Origin: Felis catus
Lineage: Eukaryota
Length of the DNA stretch: 64,000 bases
Direction of reading: 5' to 3'
NCBI RefSeq assembly: GCF_018350175.1
Contig: NC_058368.1
Location: 229,712,001 to 229,776,000, forward strand
The position numbers and the translations under genes are program-made. Below, one piece after another: positions 51,863 to 64,000 of this stretch (position 1 is the stretch's first letter; every line of letters begins with the position of its first letter). The notes under the pieces were generated by a model. The model made no database searches. It was not told the origin of the DNA and saw only the letters and a list, made by a program, of their open reading frames with translations.

Positions 51863-52199
51863 TGACCCTGAGAGATAGGAAGAGGCAGTGCCACCAGTAT
51901 CCTATGCCTGGATTTCCCAGAAGGAGAGGACCATCCAGCGGGACATAGAGCCACGAAGGGGATGCGGTAGCTCTGAGAGGCTGCTTGACAAAAGGAAGGG
52001 AGAGTGATGTTCTGTCTCCTGCTCTCTTCCTTGCCTCCAGCCTCTCATCAGGGCCTCCCATTGGCTAAACTCAGCTGGAAGCGTGCTGTTACTTATGCAC
52101 AGAACACTGCCTGCAGGGTAACCTCATGATGCTGGACGAGTCAGGAAGGTGGAGGGCTGGATCTGAGGGCACAAGGGAGGCACCAGCCAGCAACTACTG

Positions 52200-52800
52200 T
52201 AATTGCCAACATTAACAGATGGAGGAGAGACCAATGATGATTTCAGTCAGTGTTTCAAAACTGATACATTTCAATAGTAGGTCATAATTAATAATTTGTG
52301 GTAAACTAAGAAGTGGAGAATACTCTTAACCTAAATAATACTGAAATCCTAGTTTTATAGTATCATTTTAATAAAAAAACAATACTATTTGCCCCTACCA
52401 CTTGTCAGCCGTCAGATGTTACAATAAGACAAGACAAAAGAAGCAAGGGATGCAAAAAAAGGAGGAAACATTTAAAAATTATTTGCAGACAATATGATTG
52501 TTTATATACACATCCCAAAGGAGTCTGAAGGTAAACTATCAAAAACTACAATCTGTGTGTCTGTTTTTGTGCCGGTACCATACTGCCTTGATGACTACAG
52601 CTCTGTAATACAGCTTGAAATCTGGAATTGCCAGTTTTGTTTCTGTTTTTCAGTGTTGCTTTGGCTACTTGGTGTCTTTGGTGGTTCCATACAAATTATA
52701 GGATTGTTTGTTGTAGGTCTGCAAAAAGTGCTCGTGGTATAGACAGATTTCAGCAAGTTTTCTGGGTTAAGTATCAGCATCTCAAATACAGCATATTTCT
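52200..52800 (+). mobile_element. Old L1 ORF2 fragment interrupted by an inverted L1 piece (52549-52742)
   Basis: attatttgcagacaatatgattgtttatat (LFADNMIVY, RT motif) ... gatttcagcaagttttctgg. Confidence 0.75.
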
Positions 52801-54149
52801 TTCAGGCTTGATTTATAATGACAATTCAGATTACTTTTAAAAGCAAACAGTGAAACATCATAATAAACTTTAGAAAACGTTTGTAACCCGATGCCAATTA
52901 AAATGGCAAAAGTGCGGAGTAAAATAGTGCTGGCTTTGATCACTTGTTCAATCCATAGCATTGTTAAATGCATATGAATTTGCAGTATGTTTTTAAGATA
53001 AAACCTTTTATCCAGATCAGGCTTTTTGACTGTTTCTCAGCTTTACTCTCTATGCAGAATTATCTTTCTATACTTTGTTTAAATACGTATATGCATTTTA
53101 ATATGTATACATGTGTATGTACATGCACGTGTGTATGTGCACACATGGTTTGTTGAATGAATATGATTGTATTTGATATCAGCTCTGTGATTAAGTGTTA
53201 ACCTTTTAGACTTTTAAGTGGGATTCTTCCCTGTGAAATGCATTTGTAATCTGATTTACCAAGCTGAAAGGTTATGTATGCTATCTATAAACTCATAAAT
53301 CCATATATTTATAAATATATAATTAGACACATGACACAGACTTTCTGTTCTTTTAAGGGAATAGAAATAGGAAACGGTTCTTGCCTGTTTCATCTTATGT
53401 TTCTTTGTATGAGCAGCAGCAAGTTAAATATTTTAGATAATGTCATTCATGATATGGCTGTTATAGAAATGGAGAATTTATATACCTTAAGATTTAGTCT
53501 ACTGAATTTTTAATCAAATATCCTCCCTTAAGACTGCTGTGCAAGTAAAATCATACCCGATGGAGAGCCAACATTTGGCTTTGATGATCTTGATTGCTTT
53601 CTTGCTAATGTTCACAGATTGAAAACTCTACGTGCTGGTGATTCTAGTAAAATCCGGAGTCTGCTCAGTTCACTAATCCGAAGTGCCGAGATGCTTTGGC
53701 AGCACTTTTCCTTGCCAACATATGGAAGACTTTTGATTGAGTTATGTATTCTCAGAGTAACAACTATAAGAAGCAGTGCCCTTACACGAGTTTAATAGTG
53801 AATGTGGGACTTCAAGTGAACATTGAGGCTTCAGGGTGAAGGGGATATTTGTGAAGCTAGAGAACTGGATACACCAATAGGTTAACACTCGTGTCTATCG
53901 AGTGTTTGAAACTCAGTAGAACATAGGTTTCTACCAGCATGATTTAGCAGTGTGGAAACCTTTGTTCCTAAACGGGTAAGAACTTAGCGGTTCTATAGGA
54001 AAATTATTTCCAAATTACTCACAAAAATGAAAGACATAGCCATGAAGAGTGTAAGAGGTTCAAAATATTTGTTTTCCACTTGTGCGAACCACTTTGGGAT
54101 TAGGTCATTTATATATTTTTAAAAATTGTTTGAAAGCATCTACTTAATC

Positions 54150-54261
54150 ATATATATATATATAATATGTATATATGTATGTATATATGTATGTATGTAT
54201 GTATATATATATGTATATATATATATGTATATATATATATATACACACATATATATATATA
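54150..54261. repeat. Compound (TA)/(TATG) microsatellite
   Basis: Direct reading. Confidence 0.95.
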
Positions 54262-54929
54262 ATCTAACTTAAAAGGTGTCTGGGTTATACTTTCCTTTGA
54301 AAATTAATGATGAGACTTACTTTGACTTACAGGTTATCTGGGTGAGGGATTGTGGTGCTAGTTCCCTAAAGTAAATGTTATTGTACTTTACTGGCTCAGT
54401 GACATTTGATATTAACACCATGTTTTTGTGTAGTGTGGAGGTTATGATAAATTTTTCACAAAGAGGTCATAAGAATGAGATAATTTTATCATTAAAGGTT
54501 GCTGTTTTAACTTAGAAATAGGATAGGGCTTCAGTATGTGGTTAATAAATGGCAAAGTTTGTTTTTTCCCAACATTTCTCCTTAAAGCAAGTCTATAAAA
54601 GTGCTCAACAGTCTATTCACCACTGACTAGTAGCACTTGAAGTCTGTGTCGGCCATCATATGGCTGTCATGAAAATGGAGAATTTATATATTTGTATGCA
54701 AACATGACAGTTTAACCAAACTTGTGATACTTTTCCCACAAGTAGGAAAACCAATACTAAAGTTGTTCTTTTTCAGACCCAGATATCTTCAGCAAAATGA
54801 AAATGCAAGAAGCATATTTTTTATATTTAGAAGAAAATAGCACTGTCAAATGAAATGAGAAATGTGTGATCTTCTATGTAGTTCTTACACATTGACTATG
54901 AAAAATGTTTCCCTGCAAAGAGAAGAATC

Positions 54930-56485
54930 TTTACGTGGAAAACCCAAAAGACTCCACCAAAAAACTGCTAGGATTGGTACATGAATTCAGGAAAGTCGGA
55001 GGATATGAAATCAATGTACACAAATTGGTTGCATTTCTTATATGTCAATAATGAGGCAGCAGAAAGAGAAATCAAGGAATTGATCCCATTTATAGTTGCA
55101 TCAAAAACCATAAAATACCTAGGAATAAACCTAACCAAAGAGGTGAAAGACCTATACACTTAAAACTATAGATCACTTATGAAAGAAATTGAAGACGACA
55201 CAAAGAAATAGAAAAACATTCCATGCTCATGGATTGGAAGAACAAATATTGTTAACATGTTGATAGTATCCAAAGCAGTCTACATATTCGATGCAGTCCT
55301 TACCAAGTTAACACCAGCATTCTTCACAGAGCAAAGACAAATAATTCTAAATTTGTATGGAACCACAAAAGATCCTGAATAGCCAAAGTAATGTTGAAAA
55401 AGAAAACCAAAGGTGGAGGCCTCACAATTCCAGACTTCAAGGTGTATTACAGAGCTGTAATCATCACGACAGTATGGTACTGGCACAAAAACAGAACACA
55501 TAGATCAATGGAACAGAATAGAGAACCCAGAAATCGACCCACAAACATATGGGCAACTAATATTTGACAAAGCAAGAAAGAATATCCAACGGAAAAAAAT
55601 GGAGTCTCTTCAGCAAATGCTGCTGGGAAAACTGGACAGCAACATGCAGAAGAATGAACCTGGACCACTTTCTTACACCATACACAAAAATCAACTCAAA
55701 ATGGATGAAAGACCTAAATGTAAGACAGGAAGCCATCAAAATCCTAGAGGAGAAAACAGGAAACAACCTCTTTGACCTCAGCTGCAGCAACTTCTTACTT
55801 GACATGTCTTCAGAGGCAAGAGAAACAAAAGCAAAAATGAACTATTGACACCACATCAAGATAAAGAGCTTCTGCACAGTGAAGTAAATAATCAGCAAAA
55901 CTAAAAGGCAACGGACAAAATAGGAGAAGATATTTGCAAATAACATATCAGATAAAGGGTTAGTATCCAAAATCTATAAAGAACTTATCAAACTAAACAC
56001 CCCAAAACAAATAATCCAGTGAAGAAATCTGTAAAAGACATGAAGAGACACTTTTCTAAGGAAGACATCCAGATGGCTAACAGACACATGAAAAGATGCT
56101 CAACATCACTCATCATCAGGAAAATACAAATCAAAACCACAATGAGATACTACCTCACACCTGTCAGAATGGCTAAAATTAACAACTCAGAAAACAACAG
56201 ATGTTGGAGAGGATGTGGAGAAAGGGAGGACCCTTTGGAACTGCTGGTGGTAATGCAAATTGGTACAGCCACTCTGGAAAACAGTATGGAGGTTCCTCAA
56301 AAAATTAAAAAAAAATTTCCCTACTACCCAGAAATTGCACTGCTAGTTATTTATCCAAAGGATACAAAAATGCTGATTCAAAAGGGCATGTGCACCCCAG
56401 TGTTGATAGCAGCACTATTGACAATAGCCAAAGTATGGAAAGATCCCAAATATCTACTTACTGACTAATGGATAAAGAAGATGTG

Positions 56486-56526
<41 letters not shown>

Positions 56527-56885
56527 GGAATATTACTTGGCAATCAAAAAGAATGAAATCTTGCCATTTGCAAAAACATGGATGGAACTAGAGTGTATTA
56601 TGCTAAGCAAAATAAGTCAGACTTATGAAACACCATATGATTTCACTCATATGTGGAATTTCAAAAACAAAACAGAAGGACATAGGGGAAAGGAAGCAAA
56701 AAGATGACAAAAACAGAGAGGGAGATAAACCATAAGAGACTGTTAAATACAGAGAAAAAAACTGAGGGTTGCTGGTGGGGTGTTGGTTGGGGGGGTGGGG
56801 TAAATGGGCGGTGATTCACTAACTTCTATTCCTGAAATCATTATTACACTATATTTTAACTAACTTGGATTTAAATTTTAAAAAT
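54930..56885 (+). mobile_element. ~2 kb 5'-truncated carnivore L1 (disrupted ORF2 3' half + 3'UTR), sense to CTNND2
   Basis: ORF remnants [69 protein letters not shown]; probable TSD agagaagaMtctt. Confidence 0.95.
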
Positions 56886-57070
56886 GGTGGGGGGGGCAGA
56901 GAAGACTCTTGTGTCGTCACAAAATAATTGAGAGTGCAGAGGGAAGGGAAGATGTAAAATAACCAATATGGATAACAGTATGAACCTTGGATGCCTAGTA
57001 AAAGTGAATCTAATAGCTTATAAAATGCACATGAGATCTAGAAAATAAAATAATTTTCATGTACATCATA

Positions 57071-57286
57071 ATTTATTTTTTTTCAACGTTTATTTATTTT
57101 TGGGACAGAGAGAGACAGAGCACGAACGGGGGAGGGGCAGAGAGAGAGGGAGACACAGAATCGGAAACAGGCTCCAGGCCTTGAGCCATCAGCCCAGAGC
57201 CCGACGCGGGGCTCGAACTCCTGGACCGCGAGATCGTGACCTGGCTGAAGTCGGACGCTCAACCGACTGTGCCACCCAGGCGCCCC
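57071..57286 (-). mobile_element. Young felid CanSINE
   Basis: CpG-intact; perfect TSD tgtacatcataattta. Confidence 0.95.
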
Positions 57287-59576
57287 TGTACATCATAATT
57301 TAAAACAATGCAATCTGAATAACAAATTTCAGACGAGTTATCAAATTTAAGACTAACTGTCAAATAAGACTAATTACTATTACCTGAATATCAAATTTAA
57401 GACCAGTTACTGTTACCATAGTTTTTTCCCCATATACAATACACACACATTATTAAAAATAGTAAAACACTTCCATATTCTTAAATCTAAATGAATTATT
57501 TCTCTAGAAATCTTCCAAAAGAGTAGCTTTTAAAAAGAAAGGATTAGTTTAAGTCTGTGTTAGTTTTCCCATCTCCTACACCTCTGTGGAGGTGTTACTA
57601 GTAGATGGTCTCATATGGACTCTGTTACGTATACTTCTTCTTGCTACGAGTGGGGGGGGGGGGTCTCACCTGCTGGTGGATCTGTGAGTGGAACCAGCAT
57701 GTTAATCCTAAGTATTCCACACAAGGCTCCTGTCAAACTGCTCATGTTCTCCTTCTCTTCACCTTCTTCTTGAGCAGGTGTCCCACAGGGAGTTTTTGTT
57801 CCAGATCCTTGCCCAGTTGCTGGAAGGTATGGAGTGGCAGGCTTTGGCCTTCAGTTCAACTCTGCCAGCAGTAAAGCAGAGGCTTTATTTCTAATTCCAT
57901 CCAGTCTTTCTTAATTGGTTCAGAATGGAGAGGTGACTTATATGCAACATGTTTATATTGATTTGAACTTTATGATAAAGTGGGAAATTCATAGATAGTC
58001 AATAAAATCTTCTGTGATTCAATTTGCTTTGAAAGATAAATATATAGGGGTTAGAGAGGAAGCCTCAACCTTCCCAGGATACATCTCTTGTCTATGCCTT
58101 GGTGGTGGGAGCAAACACACTGTAGATCACCTCCTGCTGGCTGTTGGATCATTTTGTTTAGAGAAGATGGCCACTTTGTACAGTAATTGTCTCCATCTTA
58201 AAGTGTCAATTTCAGGTGGTTATCATGATATTGATTAGCTTTAAATAGTTGTGGTGAGTGTCCTCAGCTTTAAACACTGTAAACATCTTGGAGCTACTTT
58301 TTGCTTTTTTTGTTATTGCCTAGGAGTTTTGGACAGGTGTGTGAGACTGTTGAATAACTATGTAAGAATGAATAGGTTTCTGCAGGAAATAGAAATGATC
58401 AAATCAGACCGTGCTGTTTCTTTACCCACCCTCCCCCAAAAGTGTTTAATCATTTCTCCTTCCTAATTAAAGAATGGGAAATTTGCCAGAGAAAATTCTT
58501 ACTTAGCATAATTGAGTCTTATTTTTATCTAATCTTTTTTGCTCAAAATGAATGGTGAAGAGTTGCTTCATTTTAAATTACTACAGTGTTAACAACATCA
58601 CAAGGAGGAGCAACATATTCCATGGAGATCATGTGGAGACACGAGTAAAGCCTCTAGAAGGTACCAGAAAGATAAACTGTCAGTGAAATTTCTGATAATG
58701 TCATCATCTTTTTCTTTTTCTTTTTCTTTTTAAATACAGGTTGTTATAAATCTGATAGTTCTGGAGGAAATGAAACAGTGAAGAGAAAGAAGGGACTCCA
58801 TGAAATGAGCCATGTTGAATGCATTCTGTAGGTTCTCTTCAAAGTGATAAAGGGAATGAGCTACTTGGAGGTTTTGGATATAAATGTCACAGTCATGAAA
58901 CCAATACTACAATCCTAGGACTAACATAGTCTAGTCCTATTACTTTATTGTGTCACATCCACTTTAGTGTGGAGTTGAGAATAAAGACTCTTCTCTGGCC
59001 GTAAAACTTCAGAGACCTTTGTTTGACATTGACAAGTTTAGTTAATTATTTCAAATTACTGTGGGCTTAACTCTGCTTTTAATTACGTGCAATATTAATA
59101 TAAAGTGAAGAACATTTTTAATGTTAAAATACTCCCCGCCCCTCCCCCCCCCCCGCCAAGTTTTCAAGTATTCTTTTTCTTCTTGGCAAGAACACTTTGA
59201 ATGTGGTATTGAATGTTCACTTTCTGGCTACCCAACATTTTCATTTTAATATTGGCTACAAATAATCTGTGGGAACTTGGGCATCACATTCAATTTTGGG
59301 GGGGGGGCTCAGATTCCTTCTCTCTAAAATGTGCAGTTGGCTGCCTCTAACATTAAGCGCTATTTACAGTCTTTATTTTATTAACACAAACATGACACTT
59401 TTGATGTGCCAGGCATTATACTGAGTCATTTATGTAATTAACTCCTTGACTCCATCTAACAACCTATGGGGTAGGTACTATTTTTATCCATTTTGCAGAT
59501 GAGGAAACAGGCACAGAGCGATGCCTGCCTCTGTGTGATGTCTTCTACAGAAGAGCTATATAAACATGAGAGGTGG

Positions 59577-59900
59577 TGTCTTAGTTTGAGCTGCTATAAC
59601 CAACCACCATGGACAGGGTGGCCTCGCAGTTCTGGAGGCTGGGAAGTTTAAGATCAAGGTGCCAGTGCATCCTGCGTGTGATGAGAGCCAGTTTCCTGGC
59701 TCATAGATGGCTATCTTTTAGCTGTGTCCTCACATGGCAGAAGGGACGAGAAAGATCTCTTGGGGTTTCTTTATCCATGAGGGTTCCATTGTTTTGGCCT
59801 AATCACTTGTCCAAAGGCGCTACTTTCAAACACCATCATACTGAGAAATAGCGTTTCAACGTATGCATTTTGGGGGGACACAAACATTCAGTGCATTGTC
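59577..59900 (-). mobile_element. MLT1A-like LTR
   Basis: tgtcttagtttgagctgctataac...gttctggaggctgggaag...ggggggacacaaacattcag. Confidence 0.85.
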
Positions 59901-60442
59901 AGCGACGTAGATAGAAATCTCATTCGTGAGTCTCCCCTGAAGGTTAATTTTCCACTAAGTGATGTCCCAAAGCTTTGTCTTGATCAGTCGGTCAATAGTA
60001 AGTTCAACCTCTATGCCTGACTCTGAATTTGGTTCCCCTCCTGGCACTGACTTCCGTGTTCCCACCAGTCCTTGCGGGAGCGTGCCCTGGGACTGGTTCT
60101 CCATGACTGGATTGGGTCAGCGCAGGGGTAGATGGCAACAGGCCGGGAAGAACGTCCTCCGCGCCTCACAGAGATGTGGAGATGATGACAGATTTTCTTG
60201 CTCTGCCTTTAGAAAGCAAGCTTAGCACTTCATGCGCTTTTAGCACTTCCTTTTTACAAGGGATTGAGCTGAGGGAACTTTTTATCATCAGGTGTTTTTA
60301 AGTTAGGGACCTTTGCCAGAGCATTTCCGTGGTGAGCAGCTTTGGGTCTCCGGTATGTTTGTCCGCGTAGCTGGGTCAGGAGTGCGCCCGTGGCTCTGAA
60401 CGGAGAGAAACGACTGCTGACGAGGGTCAGCTTTCACGTGGA

Positions 60443-60660
60443 GCAGGGTGTCTCCACCTCGGCACTGTTGTCATCGTGAGCTGGCTAACTTTCCATTGTG
60501 GTGACTGTCCTGTGCACTGTAGGGTTCTCAGCGGCAGTCCTGGCCTCTACCCGCTGGATGCCAGGAGTGCCCCACCCTCCATTTGTGACAGATAGCAATA
60601 GCTCTAGAGATTGTGGAATGTCTCCGGGGGTGGAGGCCGCACCCATGGATGAGAACCAAG
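60443..60660 (-). mobile_element. MER20
   Basis: cagggtgtctccacctcggcactgttg...tgtcctgtgcactgtagg...ctggcctctacccgctggatgccag. Confidence 0.82.
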
Positions 60661-60989
60661 CTGTAGATTGAAAGAGGCTTCTGGTAGACCCAGTCCCCTT
60701 AGCAGCCCCCTGCTGTCCCTCTAGCCCTCTCCATGAGGGGTTACAGTGGGTGCCACAGATTCCAATGTGACCAGTGTTCTTATTACGATCACCCTACATG
60801 TATTCACCAGGTGGTTATCATGGCCCATCAAGGTCTGTCTCCCCAGTGTTCTTAAAGTGCAAGCATCTTGAGATTTTCACCCTGATGATGATTAGCTGCT
60901 CTGTTCAGGCTTTAGAAAAGGGAATATGCCCGTATTTGGCCCAGATTGCTTTGTCTCTGATGCACGTCTTGGGAAAAATGCTTTTTAAA

Positions 60990-62255
60990 AATATTTTTTT
61001 ATTATGGAAAAATATATATAACATTTTAAACTATTTTTAAGTGTATAAAGTGGCATCATGTGTATTCACGATGTTGTTATGATTATCATAACTATCCATT
61101 TCCAGAACTTTCCATTATTCCAGATAGAAGTTATGTACCCATTAAACAATAACGCCACCTCCTTCCCTCTCCCTGCCAGGCATGGGCAACTATCATTCAA
61201 CTTTCTGTCTCTATGAATTTGTTTATTCTGGATACATCATATAAGTGGAATCATACGGTGTTTGACCTATTGTGTCTGACTTATTTCATTTCACATGATG
61301 ATTTCCAGAATCATCCATGCTGTGACATGCATCAGAAATCCATTTCTTTTTACAGGTGAATAATATTCCATTGCATATAGAGACCGTATTCGGTTTATAC
61401 ATTCATCTCTTGATGGAAACTTGTGTTCTTTGCACCTTTTGGCTGTTGGGAATAATGCTGCTGTGAACATGGGTGTATCTTTCTGTGTCCCTGCTTTCGG
61501 CTATTTTGTTATATGGTTCTTTGTTTTTGTTTGCTTTTCTTTTTTTTATATTTGGAGTGGAAATGGTGGATCACGTGGCAATTTTTTTTTTTAATTTTGA
61601 GGAACTGCTGTACTGTTTAACATAGTAGCTGTAGCACTTTACATTGCCATCAGCATTGCATGAGAGTCATGATTCTAATCAACACTGATATCCCATTTTT
61701 TAAAATTATAGCCATCCTAATGGATACGAGAATATATTATGCTGTGTAAAATAAGTCCGTCAGAGAAAGACAAATACCATATGATTTCACTCATATGTGG
61801 AATTTAAGACACAAAACATGAGCATAGGGAAGGGGAAGAAAAAGTAAAGTGACATAAAACCAGGGAGACAAACCATAAGAGACTCTTAACTCTAGAGAAC
61901 AAACTGAGGGTTGCTGGGGGGGGGGGGGGTTGGGGGGATGGGCTAAATGGGTGATGCACATTAAGGAGGGCCCTTGTTGGGATGAGGATGTGATGAATCA
62001 CTGACTTCTCCTGAAACCAATATTCTGCTATATGTCAACTTGAATTTCAAGAAAACTTGGAAAGGAAAACCAAACCAACCAACCAACCAAACAAAAAACA
62101 AAAACAAAAACAAATGAAGTTGTATCTCATTTTGGTTGTGATTTGCATTTCCCTAATAACTAATGATGTCGACCATCTTTTCCGGTGCTTATTGGCCATT
62201 TGTCTATCTTCTTTTGGCAAAATGTTTATTCAGGTCTGTGCCCATTTTTGATTTT
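60990..62255 (-). mobile_element. Old antisense L1 interrupted by a younger sense L1 3' end (~61730-62113)
   Basis: Antisense text ...agccatcctaatgga resumes at tgaagttgtatctcatt after an insert with gtcagagaaagacaaataccatatgatttcactc and an A-rich tail. Confidence 0.88.
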
Positions 62256-64000
62256 TTTGTGTTATTATTATTAGATTGGATACTTTTAAAGAACAGATAA
62301 ATTCCACAATCTTCTTGATTCTGAATATCCATCCAGCCGTTTAACATTAGAGGCCATTACTTCGCTTCATTTAGTTTGTATGGATTTCATCTCGTGTTTG
62401 AGGGCATCGTGACACTGAGACCAGCAGTTCTGTCCTGTCATCATTAGTGTTTCCCACGGGACTGCTCGAGGTGGGAATTTCCACCAAATCCAGATCACGG
62501 TGGAACATGGAGGGACTGAGAGATGACAGTCCAGCTTCAGGTCTTAGTGGTGGCCAGTGTGGTCATAGACAGCACCGCAGAGACTGTGGCTGCAGTCCAG
62601 GAACACCTGCTGCCCATACTTCCCTTCTTTCTGTGGCTGTGACTGCAGTTGGCATCTGGCCTTTGTTCAGACCGGAGGGCTTATGCTCCCCTCTTCACAT
62701 GAACCCAGCTGTCCGCGATGGTGTGCACGACAGCATGGCAAGTCTTGACATGAATCACACTTCCCATTTTGTGGCAAAGACCGTACTAAAATAGGAGTCG
62801 TGCTAATCATTTCCCATAAATTAAGGGTGGCAGGGTTTCCCAATGTAATAACCCAGTAGAACTGAGAATCATGGGAGAATGGAGGCACCCTTTATAATTC
62901 CGACGAGAAAAAAGAGGATAAGAGTGGTGAGAGAGGTCACATGTGATCATGAATGTCAGAGCCTGTCCCCACCTCGGGACCGTCTTCATGCGACTCCTCC
63001 TTCTGCACAGCTGGGTTTTCTGGGTTGATTAACGATGGCATGGACACCCTGCATGTGGCACCGGTTCCATGATGGTTGGGGAAGAGAATCTGATTGGGGT
63101 ATGTCATGAAACAATACATTTTAGATGTCCAGCACTGCATAGATTCAACCCCCGTTTTTAATATAGTCCTACAGTTTATGAAGAATAGATTATCTTCTGT
63201 AGTCACAACACCAGTTGGCATTTTAATAGGTATATTGGTTGATCTGTGAAAGTTCCTGTCTTAGGATCATAGCTCTGCCACTGATTTACTGGGTGATCCA
63301 GGGGTCCGTGTCTGATTCTTTGAGACCTGCATGGGCCTCATAGGGCACAGGTACTAATTGTTGAATGAGTGAATACATGAAGAGTCTTTCTGTCTGTCAC
63401 TAAGGGCAAAAGTGGTCTTTCAAGTTAGTCTCAGCTCTGATACACAATAATTCTAAAGGGATCATTGTTCATCTCTCACAAAGGAACCTGTAGGTTTCTG
63501 CCAGCATGCCATAGCATCCTGTTAATGGACCAGAATTGCCATCTCCACGGAGGAGAGGGAGAAAATCTTCAACAACTCATTAAAGTTTTGATTGGCTGAT
63601 TATAATGATCTGAGATGTCCCTCTTCCTCTGCAATGCTGTCTGTGATTTTGTATTTTCTTTCCCCAAATAAAAACAAAAACAGCAATTATTGCTTGCCTC
63701 AAATAATTATTGGACTTTTCTCTGAAATCAGTACAAAGTCTGAGCAAAGGGCGATTTCCCTGGCTAGAATCAACATGATATAAAATCAGCACTGCAGCCT
63801 TGAGCAAGTTCGTTCTTCTCTGGAAGAACTCAACTTGTTGAAACTATCTCTGGCTTCACCATATATTTTGCATGAGCCAGCCAGTATTCTAGGCGAGGTC
63901 ATTAAGCCTTGGCACTCCAGCAGGCATTAAAATGAAAGCTTGGATCAGAATCATGTGGTATTCCATACAGACTTGGGATATTAAAAACGAAGCTGGGTGG

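Larger units (their letters stand above)
29213..64000 (+). other. CTNND2: CTNND2 intron 1 (partial, continues past the window)
   Basis: Begins gtgagt; I saw no exon-2 sequence (AMPVPDQP...); CTNND2 is known to have very large introns. Confidence 0.85.

Noticed and set aside
54968..56707. Several ORFs with reverse-transcriptase-like text
   Set aside because: Fragments of a broken, 5'-truncated L1 ORF2; not host genes and not an active element.
62569..62730. Partial REST/RE1-like matches (acagcaccgcagaga; ggacagc on the minus strand)
   Set aside because: Mismatches at core positions or wrong spacing; not supportable without a PWM scan.
62447..63221. Cluster of ORFs suggesting a processed pseudogene
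   Set aside because: No recognisable protein, polyA tail or TSD.
1..64000. CRISPR arrays, operons or other prokaryote-type systems
   Set aside because: The sequence is clearly mammalian; no repeat-spacer arrays or dense gene clusters are present.

Overview
Carnivore genomic DNA, most likely a felid such as domestic cat, judged from the many tRNA-derived CanSINEs including very young Felis-type copies. The window is centred on the CpG-island promoter and first exon of CTNND2 (delta-catenin), + strand. The only protein-coding sequence I can support is the 37-nt coding part of exon 1 (29176-29212, MFSRKQSGAAPF+G, donor TCG|GTGAGT). About 28 kb upstream is repeat-rich intergenic DNA, and 29213-64000 is the start of the very long intron 1; exon 2 is not visible. 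Almost all ORF-track entries are SINE, L1, LTR or GC-rich artefacts. I cannot establish a new biological system here. The most interesting cluster surrounds exon 1: (i) an 11-aa AUG uORF in a better Kozak context than the main AUG, coinciding with a perfect 10-bp inverted repeat; (ii) three different trinucleotide tracts (CTG12, GGC12, interrupted CCT) within ~900 bp; (iii) a GTG-started poly-Gly uORF; (iv) a possible in-frame alternative donor that would add an 85-aa proline-rich segment. Several unusual retrotransposon structures are also present. Repeat boundaries and subfamily names were assigned by eye and are approximate.
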